Origin: Myxococcales bacterium
Lineage (GTDB): Bacteria; Myxococcota_A; Bradymonadia; REDH01
Reading direction: 5' to 3'
NCBI GenBank assembly: GCA_020633625.1
Contig: JACKDJ010000024.1
Span: forward strand, 2,660 to 66,659
DNA: 64,000 bases
Position 1 is the first letter of the stretch, and each line of letters opens with the position of its first letter. The notes under the pieces are model-generated. The model saw nothing but the letters and a program-made list of their open reading frames with translations, was not told the DNA's origin and did no database searches. Positions 26,533-35,423 of this stretch are shown piece after piece. The position numbers and the translations under genes are program-made.

Positions 26533-28350
26533 ATGTTCATCATCACCGTCACCGAGCGCGGCGAGGAGTCCGAGACGCTCCGTTTCGACCTCCCCGAGGT
26601 GTCGATCGGGCGCGTCCGCGGAAACGACGTGATTCTGCCCAAGGGCAGCGTCTCGAAGCGTCATGCCAAGCTAGTCGAGCGCGATGGCCGCCCAGTCGTC
26701 ATCGACCTCCGCAGCACCAACGGCACGATCGTCAACAGCCGAAAGATCGCCGCGCCGCAGACCCTGCGCGATGGCGACCGTGTGGTGATCGGCGACTACG
26801 TCCTCGAGGTTGAGCTCGGCAGCGCCGCCGACGTCCCGCACGGCGACCCGGCCGGGTTCGCGAGCACCGCGGCCAACGCCCTCACGCCCCCCCCCGCCGA
26901 GCCCGAGGCCACGGGCGCCGCCTTCGCAGTGACCCACCTCGGCGGCGACGACGAGGGCACCGACAATCTCGCCGGAGCGGCGGCGCGCGCCGTCGCGGGT
27001 GTCGCCAACGTCTCGACGTCTCTGACGAGCACGTCGCCGGGGACCGGACTCACCCGGCAGACGCTGGCGACTCGGGTCCCCCTCATGCTGACGCGCGACC
27101 CCGCGGCCGCCGCCCCCACCGCCCCGAGGCGCCTGCCCTCACTCGTGACTGAGGAGGGCTTCCGCGAGCTGCACGCGAAGGCCGTCGCGACCATCCTGGA
27201 GGCCGCAGACCCGGGTGCCCTCCCGGCCGTCTACCCGCCATCGCCGAGCGATCTCGCTCGCGTGGAGCGGCTCGTCCAGAACTGTGCGCCACCCGCGGAG
27301 CCCGGCTCCCTCGGCGCCAGCGCCGACTTCGCCGCCCTCCTCGTGCAGGAGCTGGCGGGCCTCGGCCCGCTCGAGACCTACCTCGACGACCCGTCCATCA
27401 CCGAGATCTTCGTCAACCGCCACGACCACATCAGCGTCACGCGCGGAGGCGTGCGCCAGATCGCGCCGCTCGCGTTCGGACACCCCGAGACGCTCGCCGC
27501 CGCCGCGCGGCGCGTGGCCGGAGGCGCGAACCTGACCGACCCGCTCGGCGGCGCCGTTCGACTGCCCGACGGCACGCGCTTTGAGCTCGTGCTACCGCCC
27601 GCCACCGCTGCCAACCCCGTCATCGCCATCACCCGCGCCACCGCCGCTGGAGCGAACGACCTAGTGGCCAGCGGCGCCGTGACCGAGCCCATTCTCTCGG
27701 CCCTGCGGACCGCCGCGCGGCACGGCGGCGGGGTCATCGTGAGCGCGACACACCGGGCCGACGCGACCGCGTTCATCGAGGCCGTCCTCGCACCGATCGC
27801 CAACGAGCTCCGGATCGCCGCCGTCGAGGCGTCGCACGCGCTCCGCTTCGACGGCCCCACGGTCATCCGCCTGCAGAATGTCCCCGGCGCCGAGCCGAGC
27901 GCGCTTCTTCGCGCGGCCACGCTCTCGCCGGACGTCATCGTCATCGACCCGTTCGGAGGCCCCATGGTCGGCGAGTGGCTCCTCGACGTCTCTGCCGCCG
28001 GCGCGGCCGTCTTCGCGTCATTCGCCGCGCGGACCCCCACCGACGCGCTCTCGCGCCTCGTCGGATCGGCCGCGAGCGCAACCGGCCTCGACGCCGACAT
28101 CGTCCGCCGGCAGATCGCGAACGCCGTGGACGTCCTGGTCCAGTTGGGCCGCAGCGGCGGGCGCCCTGTCGTACGCGAGGTGATCGACGTCTCCGGCGTC
28201 GAGCGTGACCAACTCCAGACCCACGCCGTCTTCACGTCCAAGCTGGGCGCCGGCGGGCTCGAGTTCAGCGCTACGGGGCACGTCCCGCGCCTGTTCTCCG
28301 AGCTCTCGGCCGGCGGCGTGGAGTTCGACACCAGCGTCTTCAACGCCTGA
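26533..28350 (+). CDS. FHA domain fused to a CpaF/VirB11 (T2SS-E) family ATPase-like domain with degenerate catalytic motifs
   Basis: FHA: VSIGRVRGNDVILPKGSVSKRHAKLV...STNGTIVN. The C-terminal part is colinear with the CpaF family (LGPLETYLDDPSITEIFVN, RLPDGTRFELVLPP, VLVQLGRSGGRPVVREVIDV). The Walker A position, however, reads VIVSATHRADAT. Confidence 0.8.
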   Translation: MFIITVTERGEESETLRFDLPEVSIGRVRGNDVILPKGSVSKRHAKLVERDGRPVVIDLRSTNGTIVNSRKIAAPQTLRDGDRVVIGDYVLEVELGSAADVPHGDPAGFASTAANALTPPPAEPEATGAAFAVTHLGGDDEGTDNLAGAAARAVAGVANVSTSLTSTSPGTGLTRQTLATRVPLMLTRDPAAAAPTAPRRLPSLVTEEGFRELHAKAVATILEAADPGALPAVYPPSPSDLARVERLVQNCAPPAEPGSLGASADFAALLVQELAGLGPLETYLDDPSITEIFVNRHDHISVTRGGVRQIAPLAFGHPETLAAAARRVAGGANLTDPLGGAVRLPDGTRFELVLPPATAANPVIAITRATAAGANDLVASGAVTEPILSALRTAARHGGGVIVSATHRADATAFIEAVLAPIANELRIAAVEASHALRFDGPTVIRLQNVPGAEPSALLRAATLSPDVIVIDPFGGPMVGEWLLDVSAAGAAVFASFAARTPTDALSRLVGSAASATGLDADIVRRQIANAVDVLVQLGRSGGRPVVREVIDVSGVERDQLQTHAVFTSKLGAGGLEFSATGHVPRLFSELSAGGVEFDTSVFNA

Positions 28351-28351
28351 C

Positions 28352-29746
28352 ATGTCATTCCGGCTGCAGATCGAAGACCTGTCCGGTGGGATCCTCCACG
28401 CCCGCGCCGTCAACACCGGCGAGATCACGATGGGGCGCGGCGACGACTGCGACCTCGTCCTCGCCTCGACCTCGGTATCTCGGCGCCACGCACGCATCTT
28501 CACCCACAACGGCCGCGCCTACATCGAAGATCTCGGCGCGGCGAACGGCGTGGTGGTCAACGGTAGCCGCATCAGCGGCGTCGAGGCGCTGTCAGGCCCG
28601 ACAGTCATCGTGATCGGCGACCACATCGTCCGATTTCTGCCCAACGACCCTGCCTCCGCCGGCCCCCGCCCCACGCTTGTCCGCCTGGACGCCGCGGCCG
28701 GCGGCGCGGCTACCCCCATCCTCTCGGCGATGGCGCGCGTCGGGCGCGCGTCGCACTGCGATATCGCCATCGTCGATGGCAGCGTCTCGCGGCATCACGC
28801 CGACGTACGCGTCGAGGGCTCGTCGCTGATCGTCGCCGACGCCGGGTCGGCGAACGGGACTTGGGTGAACGGCGTGCGAGCGCGCGCCCCCATGCGTCTG
28901 AGCGACGGCGACGTCATCCACTTCGGCGACGTGCCCCTCCTCTTCACGAATTCGCCCCACACCGACTGGACGCGCGTCCGCGTCCCGGCGAAGGCGACTT
29001 CCGGCCGACGCTCCGTGGCTCCCGCGCTCGCCGTCGCGGTTGGCGTCGTATGCCTTCTCGCCGCGGCCGTCTTCGCGCTGGGCGTTCGCGACAAGCCGGC
29101 GCCCGAACCCGACGCGCTCACCCTCGCCGCGGCCGCGATGGCCGCCCGCGACTGGCCAACGGCCGTCACGCTCTACGAGCGAGCGCTCGCCGTCCGCCCC
29201 GGAGACGCGGGCGTAGAGCGCGCGCTCGCGCTCGCGACGCGAGAGCGCGACGCGACGGCGGCGCTCGCCGAGTGCCAGGCGCAGCTCGAGGCCTCCCGCT
29301 CGCTCATCGCGACATCCGCGTCGCAGACCGCCATCGCCGGGCTCGAAGCGATCGAGCGCTGCCTCAGCGGCGATGGAATCTCCGAGGGTACGGAGGCCGC
29401 GACGGCGGCGACGGAGCTCCGCGAGGGCGACGTGGTCCCGACCCTCGTTCAGCTGCACCGCGTCGCCGCCGCCGAGGCGCAGCGCGCCAGCCGGCCCGAG
29501 GCTGCCGCCGAGCATCTGCTCGCAGCGGCGCGCGTCGCCGCACGCGGAGGAGACCGGGGTGCCCCTCTCCGAGTGGAGCTCCGAGCGGCCTGCCTCGCCA
29601 GCGCGCGATCGCCCGATCTTCAGAGCAACCCAGCGCGTGCTCTCGAGCTCTTCGACGCTGCCGCCGCGGTCGCGCCGCTCGACGCCGCCGACGCCCAGGC
29701 GCGAACCGCTGTCGCCCAGGCCGCCTCGCAGCCCCGCGGACGCTGA
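28352..29746 (+). CDS. double-FHA protein with a TM helix and C-terminal TPR-like region
   Basis: FHA1: ITMGRGDDCDLVLASTSVSRRHARI...GAANGVVVNG. FHA2: ARVGRASHCDIAIVDGSVSRHHADV...GSANGTWVNG. TM helix APALAVAVGVVCLLAAAVFAL. ATG lies 1 nt after the upstream stop. Confidence 0.8.
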   Translation: MSFRLQIEDLSGGILHARAVNTGEITMGRGDDCDLVLASTSVSRRHARIFTHNGRAYIEDLGAANGVVVNGSRISGVEALSGPTVIVIGDHIVRFLPNDPASAGPRPTLVRLDAAAGGAATPILSAMARVGRASHCDIAIVDGSVSRHHADVRVEGSSLIVADAGSANGTWVNGVRARAPMRLSDGDVIHFGDVPLLFTNSPHTDWTRVRVPAKATSGRRSVAPALAVAVGVVCLLAAAVFALGVRDKPAPEPDALTLAAAAMAARDWPTAVTLYERALAVRPGDAGVERALALATRERDATAALAECQAQLEASRSLIATSASQTAIAGLEAIERCLSGDGISEGTEAATAATELREGDVVPTLVQLHRVAAAEAQRASRPEAAAEHLLAAARVAARGGDRGAPLRVELRAACLASARSPDLQSNPARALELFDAAAAVAPLDAADAQARTAVAQAASQPRGR

Positions 29747-29788
29747 GGCGCTCCGCGGCGCGAAGGTCGTCGCCAGGGGAGCCGTCGA

Positions 29789-30400
29789 TCAGCCGCGCTG
29801 CAGCTCCTCCAGCCGCTCCCGCATCCGTGCGATCAGGCCATCCCAGCCTCGCTCCGAGATGATCGACGCGAAGCTCTCGGCGTACGACTCCTCGAGCGAG
29901 ACGTCGTCGGTCACGACGTCATAGACGATGAACCCCTCGGGGCGCTCTTCGAGCTTGATCTCTACGACGTGCGCGCGCCCCTCGGCAGTCACCTGGACCT
30001 CGACCGTCGTCCGGTCGCGGCGGGTCCGCTCGCCGGTGTAGCTGACTCCGTAGCCGGTCGCGTCAACCGGCCCGCGCCCGAGCTTACGCGAGTAGCTGGT
30101 CTCGATCAGGTCGCGGAGCAGCGCGACGAACTCGGCACGCTCGTCCGCGGAGCGCAGACCCCACTGCTCGCCGAGCGTTCGCTCCGCGAGGACCTCGTAC
30201 GACAAGAAGCCGCGGATGGCGTCGCGCAGCTCCGCCCGGCGTGCCTCGCTCGCGCCGGCACCGTTGACCAACGACACCACCACGTCGGCGCGCGACTGAA
30301 CGAAGGCGGTCGCGGCGCCCTCCTCGGCGGCCAGGGCTGGCGCGGCGAGCGAGACCGAGACGAGAGCGGAAACGAGCGCAGAGCGAAACGACGGGGTCAT
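29789..30400 (-). CDS. MlaC/Ttg2D-family periplasmic lipid-binding protein
   Basis: Signal peptide, then FLSYEVLAERTLGEQW...EFVALLRDLIETSY...VEIKLEERPEGFIVYDVVTDDVSL, typical of the toluene-tolerance Ttg2D/MlaC family. Confidence 0.65.
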   Translation of the reverse strand: MTPSFRSALVSALVSVSLAAPALAAEEGAATAFVQSRADVVVSLVNGAGASEARRAELRDAIRGFLSYEVLAERTLGEQWGLRSADERAEFVALLRDLIETSYSRKLGRGPVDATGYGVSYTGERTRRDRTTVEVQVTAEGRAHVVEIKLEERPEGFIVYDVVTDDVSLEESYAESFASIISERGWDGLIARMRERLEELQRG

Positions 30401-30451
30401 GGCCTTTTCCAGTGAAGGGGCAACGCTCGCTTCGACGTCCCGATCGACGGG

Positions 30452-31927
30452 CTATTCAGCGGGCCAGACATCGAGCGCGTCGGCGCCGCACTTCATCGCG
30501 AGGTCGGCGAGCGCGACCCGGTAGCGCAGCAGCGACTCGAGGTACTCCCCGGAGGTCCGATAGTAGGTCTCGAGCGGATCTTTGAGGTCGTCGTAGTCCG
30601 CAAGCCCCTGGTCGTACTGAAACGACACCTGGTTGAGCCACGCGGTCGCGGCATCACGCGAGTCAGAGCGAGAGACGAGGAGGAGGTGCTGTCCCTGCGC
30701 CGCGAGGTATGCCTCGACGACGTCTGCCTCGATACCCAGAAGCCCGGCATCGCGGCTCGCCTCTGCGATCGCCAGCTCCGCCTCGGCCGTGCGTGCTCGC
30801 GCCACGATCGACGCCGGATTCATGGACCACTGGAGGGCGAAACCGAAGCCGAAACCGAAACGATTGTACGGGTCGTTGATGAATGGACCGGAGACGTCGT
30901 CCACGGTCGGCGTGAAGGCGCCGCCGACGGTCGCGACAAGCGCAAGGTCGGGCGTCAGCGCGCGGTACCGCGTGCGAACGCTCAGGCTGCTCGCCCTGAC
31001 CGCGGCATCCAGCAGAATCGCGTCCGGCCGGTGGCTACGGGCATATGCGAGCACCGCGTCCATCTGCGGGACAGAGTCGTCGGGGACCGTGTCGTCGAAG
31101 CTGTCGGTGACGAAGTCGCGCGGCAGCCCGGTCACCTCTGCGATCGCGAACCGAGCTAGCACTCCCAGAGCGTCGGCGTCCGTGCGCAGCTCGACGAAGT
31201 CACTTCGCGCGATCGTGAGCTGCCGTAGGGACGTGCGAGCGGAGTAGTCCCCGTCGTCGAGCGCGTCTTCGAGCCGAGACTCGGCCTCGTCGAGCCTACG
31301 CGCGGCCTCACGGAGCAACCGGTCGACGTCGGCCCACCACTGAACCGTGAGGTACGCGCGGTACGCCTGCACTCTCGACTCGGCGACAGCGGCGCCGCGT
31401 TGGATCTCCGCGACGTCGATCCCCAGCTCGGCGAGCTGCCGTGCCAGGTGAATCTTCCCGAAGGTCGTCAGCGGCAGGGTTCCCTCGAGCTCGCCCCTGA
31501 CACCAAGCCCTGCGCCGCCGAGGATGGACTGCAACAGGTCGCCGTCGGTCTGTCGGTTGCTGAACGGGTCGAGCTCGCCAGTCTCGGGGTCCGTCTCGAG
31601 TTCCACGCGCGGGGCGGGTGCGACACCAACATTGAACCGAAGTCTAGGAAAGTGCGCGTAACGTGCTTCGAGCCTGCGCATCGACGCACGTTCAACCTCG
31701 GCGTCTGCGATGCCGATCAGGGGGGACGCATGCTCGACGCGCTCGAGGAGCTCTGCGAGCGAGAGGTGCACCGCCTGGCCCTCGTCGGCTTGCGCGATGC
31801 CGGGGCTCGGTTGGGCGTGTTCGGGGGCGTCGGTCGACGTCGCTACGTCGACCGACGCCTCCTGAGCGTCAGCGCCGGCGGCCGCGCAGAGCGCGGCTAC
31901 CAGCGCGGCGGCGGCGGCTCGCGCCAC
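30452..31927 (-). CDS. TolC-family outer-membrane channel protein
   Basis: Signal peptide (ALCAAAGADAQE). Two-fold repeat architecture with an LSLAELLERVEHASPLI opening and coiled-coil-rich segments. GTG start lies 5 nt after the rpsA stop. Confidence 0.7.
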   Translation of the reverse strand: MARAAAAALVAALCAAAGADAQEASVDVATSTDAPEHAQPSPGIAQADEGQAVHLSLAELLERVEHASPLIGIADAEVERASMRRLEARYAHFPRLRFNVGVAPAPRVELETDPETGELDPFSNRQTDGDLLQSILGGAGLGVRGELEGTLPLTTFGKIHLARQLAELGIDVAEIQRGAAVAESRVQAYRAYLTVQWWADVDRLLREAARRLDEAESRLEDALDDGDYSARTSLRQLTIARSDFVELRTDADALGVLARFAIAEVTGLPRDFVTDSFDDTVPDDSVPQMDAVLAYARSHRPDAILLDAAVRASSLSVRTRYRALTPDLALVATVGGAFTPTVDDVSGPFINDPYNRFGFGFGFALQWSMNPASIVARARTAEAELAIAEASRDAGLLGIEADVVEAYLAAQGQHLLLVSRSDSRDAATAWLNQVSFQYDQGLADYDDLKDPLETYYRTSGEYLESLLRYRVALADLAMKCGADALDVWPAE

Positions 31928-31932
31928 CGTGG

Positions 31933-33639
31933 CTACTCGCCCTTACCCGCGAGGTGGCGGGCGAGGACGTCACCGAGGGTGGTCTCGGAGGCGTCGCGGT
32001 ACTCGCGGAGGGTCCCGCGCTCGGCGCGCTGCTGGTAGCTCTTGATCGACAGCGCGATCTTGCGCTCCTTCGGGTCGACCGAGATGACCTCGACCTTGAC
32101 CTGGTCGCCGGGCTTCACGACGTCGTTCGGGTCGTCGACGTGCTCGGTGGACAGCTCGGAGATGTGGACGAGGCCCTCGATGCCGTCCTCAACCTCGGCG
32201 AACGCGCCGAAGTCGGTGATCTTCGTGATCGTGGCGGTGGCGACGTGGCCGGGCGGCATCCGCTCCGGGAGCGTCTCCCACGGGTCCTCGGCGAGCTGCT
32301 TGATGCCGAGCGAGAAGCGCTCGTTCTCGACGTCGATGTTCAGGACGACGGCCTCGACCTCGTCACCCTTCTGGAAGGCCTCGGACGGGTGCTTGATCTT
32401 CTGCGTCCACGACATGTCGCTGATGTGGACGAGTCCGTCGATGCCGTCCTCGATGCCGATGAAGATACCGAAGTCGGTGATGTTGCGGATCTTGCCGAGG
32501 ATGCGCGTGCCGACCGGGTAGCGCTCCTCGAGGAGCGACCACGGGTTCGGCTCGAGCTGCTTCATGCCGAGCGAGATCTTCTTGGCCTCGGCGTCGAGCT
32601 TGAGCACGACGCACGCGACGATGTCGCCCTTCTCGACGACCTTCGACGGGTGCTTGACCCGCTGGGTCCACGACATCTCGGAGATGTGGATGAGGCCCTC
32701 GATGCCCTCCTCGAGCTCGACGAAGGCGCCGTAGTCGATCAGCGAGACGACGCGGCCGAGGACCTGGCAGCTCACCGGGTAGCGGAAGTCCGCGTGCGCC
32801 CAAGGGTCGGGGAGGAGCTGCTTCATGCCGAGCGACACGCGCTCGGTCTCCGGGTTGAACTTGAGGATCTTGACCGTGATCTCGTCGCCGATCGCGAGCA
32901 CCTCTTCTGGGTGGTTCACGCGGCCCCAGCTCATGTCGGTGATGTGCAGAAGGCCGTCGATGCCGCCGAGGTCCACGAACGCACCGTACTCGGTGATGTT
33001 CTTGACCTGACCGAGCATGATCGCGCCCTCGATCAGCTTGTCGAGCGTCTTCTCCTTCAGCTTCTCGCGCTCCTCCTCGAGCAGCGCGCGACGCGAAAGC
33101 ACGATGTTGCCGCGCTTCTTGTTGAACTTGATGATCTTGAAGTCGAAGTCCTGGCCGATGAACTTGTCCAGGTTGCGCGTGGGGCGAAGCTCGACCTGGC
33201 TGCCCGGCAGGAACGCCTTGACGCCGATGTCGACCTGAAGGCCGCCCTTGACCCGGTTGATGATCGTACCGCGGACCACCTCGTCGTTCTCGACCTTGGT
33301 CGCGATCTGCTCCCACATCTTCAGGCGGTCGGCCTCGCGCTTCGAGAGGACGCACTGCCCGTGCTCGTTCTCGCGGCTCTGAACGAACACCTCGACGGTG
33401 TCGCCGGCCTTGATCGTCAGGACGCCGTCACGGCCGCGGAACTCGTCCGCGTCGATGCGGCCCTCGGACTTCGACCCGATGTCCACGAGGACCGAGTCGC
33501 CCGTGATCTCGAGCACCACGCCCTGCGTGATGCCACCCTCACGGACCTGCTTGCGAGCGCCTTCGTCCTCGGCAAGGAGTGCCGCGAACTCGTTGAGCGC
33601 CGCATCGGCGTCGTTCATGTCGACGAACAGCTTGTCCAT
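31933..33639 (-). CDS. rpsA: 30S ribosomal protein S1
   Basis: 568 aa with six S1 motifs (for example GTIINRVKGGLQVDIG, GQVKNITEYGAFVDLGG, GRVVSLIDYGAFVEL). GGAAGG RBS precedes ATG 33639. Confidence 0.95.
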   Translation of the reverse strand: MDKLFVDMNDADAALNEFAALLAEDEGARKQVREGGITQGVVLEITGDSVLVDIGSKSEGRIDADEFRGRDGVLTIKAGDTVEVFVQSRENEHGQCVLSKREADRLKMWEQIATKVENDEVVRGTIINRVKGGLQVDIGVKAFLPGSQVELRPTRNLDKFIGQDFDFKIIKFNKKRGNIVLSRRALLEEEREKLKEKTLDKLIEGAIMLGQVKNITEYGAFVDLGGIDGLLHITDMSWGRVNHPEEVLAIGDEITVKILKFNPETERVSLGMKQLLPDPWAHADFRYPVSCQVLGRVVSLIDYGAFVELEEGIEGLIHISEMSWTQRVKHPSKVVEKGDIVACVVLKLDAEAKKISLGMKQLEPNPWSLLEERYPVGTRILGKIRNITDFGIFIGIEDGIDGLVHISDMSWTQKIKHPSEAFQKGDEVEAVVLNIDVENERFSLGIKQLAEDPWETLPERMPPGHVATATITKITDFGAFAEVEDGIEGLVHISELSTEHVDDPNDVVKPGDQVKVEVISVDPKERKIALSIKSYQQRAERGTLREYRDASETTLGDVLARHLAGKGE

Positions 33640-33962
33640 TTTGCCTTCCAACAGCCGCCCGGCCACCCACTTCGGCAGCCGAAACGTCTCTCTCGGGGTT
33701 CCGGCAACGCCGGGCGCGGGAAATCCGCGAGCGCAGCACCCGGGCACCGGTGCGCTGCGCCTGTGCGAGCATGGCTCGACCCCGCCTCGCGGGGCGCCAG
33801 CTTCCTAGGCGGGCCACCCCATGAAGTCAACTCGAAACCGGGTGGACAACCCCCGGCCGAGCCCCGAGGACCGGCCGCCCCGACGCCCTGCCCCCCGCAC
33901 GGCGCCGCTTGCCCGTCGCACTCACACCCTCGATACTGCCGCAGCCTCAACCCAGCCCGCCG

Positions 33963-35423
33963 ATGACCGCCGAAGCGCGACGCCCGCTCCCCGTTCTCCC
34001 CGGCCTCGACTCCGTCCGCCACGTTCACGTGATCGGTGTCTGCGGCACTGCGATGGGCACGCTCGCCGCAATGCTCGCCGAGAGGGGCTTCACGGTGTCC
34101 GGATCCGACGCCATGGCCTATCCGCCCATGTCGACGTGGCTCGAGGCCCGCGGGCTGACCGTGCAGTCCGGCTACGCAGCAGAGCACATCCCGCCGCACA
34201 CCGACCTCGTTGTCGTCGGCAACATCGCGCGGCGGGACAACGTCGAGGCCGTCGCCGCCGGCGAACGCGGGCTGCCCTGCGTCAGCCTCCCCGAGGCGCT
34301 CCGCGTCTTCTTCTTCCCCGGCCGGACGGCCCTCGTCGCCACCGGCACCCACGGCAAGACCACGACGTCGGCGATGACCGCTTGGATCTTGTTCCAGACC
34401 CGGCGCGACCCGTCCTTCTTCATCGGCGGAGTCACCGCGAACTTCGACGCCAACTATCGACTCGGGAGCGGGACGCCGTTCGTCGTGGAGGGCGATGAGT
34501 ACGACACGGCGTACTTCGACAAGGTCCCGAAATTCTGGCACTATCCAGCCAAGGCCGCGACCATCAACAACGTCGAGTTCGACCACGCGGACATCTACCC
34601 GGACCTCGACGCCGTCCGTCACGTCTTCTCCCGATTCGCGGCCCAGATCCCCCGTGACGGCGCGCTGTGGGTCAACGGCGACGACGACACAGCCCTCGCA
34701 TGCGCCGCGCACGCCCGCTGCGCGGTCCGCCGGTTTGGCCTCCACGCCGACCCGGCCGCCTCTGCGCTCGACCTCGCCGGCGCGGCACTCCGCACCCACG
34801 AAGGCGGCACCGACTGCCTCGTCGCACGCGATGGACTCGTCCACGAGGTCACCCTCCCGACCATCGGCGACTACAACCTCCGTAACTTCCTCGGAGCTGC
34901 CGGGCTCGCGTCCGAGGTCGGCGTCACGTTAGCCGAAGCCTGCGCCGCCATCGGCACGTTCCGCGGCGTAAAGAAGCGGCAAGAACTCAAGGGCGTCGTG
35001 GCCGACATCCCTGTCATCGACGACTTCGCCCACCACCCGACCGCGGTCCGAAGCACCCTCGCCGCCCTCCGCATGCGCTACCCGACCCGGCGCATTTGGG
35101 CGATCTTCGAGGCCAAGAGCAACACCTCGCGGCGCGCCGTCTTCCAGCAGGCCTACGCCGAGGCATTCGCCGACGCCGACATCGTCGTCCTCTCGCAGCC
35201 GTGGAAGAAGGACGACCTCCCCGAAGACCAGCTCCTGTCGCTCCCCCGCCTGGTCGCGGACCTCGAAAGGGCCGGGAAGGAGGTGCACCTGATTCCCGAC
35301 GTCGACGCCATCGTCGACTTCGTCGCGCCCCGCGCGCGTCCCGGCGACGCGATCGCCGGTCTGTCCGGATCGGCCTTCGGAGGACTTCACCAGAAGCTGA
35401 TCGACGCGCTCAAGTCGAGGTGA
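33963..35423 (+). CDS. mpl: UDP-N-acetylmuramate:L-Ala-gamma-D-Glu-meso-DAP ligase (murein peptide ligase)
   Basis: HVIGVCGTAMGTLAAMLAERGFTVSGSD, the P-loop TGTHGKTTTSAM, and EGDEYDTAYFDK, which is typical of Mpl rather than MurC. Confidence 0.8.
   Translation: MTAEARRPLPVLPGLDSVRHVHVIGVCGTAMGTLAAMLAERGFTVSGSDAMAYPPMSTWLEARGLTVQSGYAAEHIPPHTDLVVVGNIARRDNVEAVAAGERGLPCVSLPEALRVFFFPGRTALVATGTHGKTTTSAMTAWILFQTRRDPSFFIGGVTANFDANYRLGSGTPFVVEGDEYDTAYFDKVPKFWHYPAKAATINNVEFDHADIYPDLDAVRHVFSRFAAQIPRDGALWVNGDDDTALACAAHARCAVRRFGLHADPAASALDLAGAALRTHEGGTDCLVARDGLVHEVTLPTIGDYNLRNFLGAAGLASEVGVTLAEACAAIGTFRGVKKRQELKGVVADIPVIDDFAHHPTAVRSTLAALRMRYPTRRIWAIFEAKSNTSRRAVFQQAYAEAFADADIVVLSQPWKKDDLPEDQLLSLPRLVADLERAGKEVHLIPDVDAIVDFVAPRARPGDAIAGLSGSAFGGLHQKLIDALKSR

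Noticed and set aside
33640-33962. The long 320-nt spacer upstream of rpsA, considered as a possible riboswitch or sRNA.
   Set aside because: It probably contains the rpsA 5' UTR and two divergent promoters. I could not identify a conserved-looking structure or known riboswitch core, so no claim is made.
31663-33966. 767-aa plus-strand ORF.
   Set aside because: It lies antisense to rpsA, whose six S1 motifs are unambiguous. Its sequence is low-complexity and rich in D, L, R, E and V.
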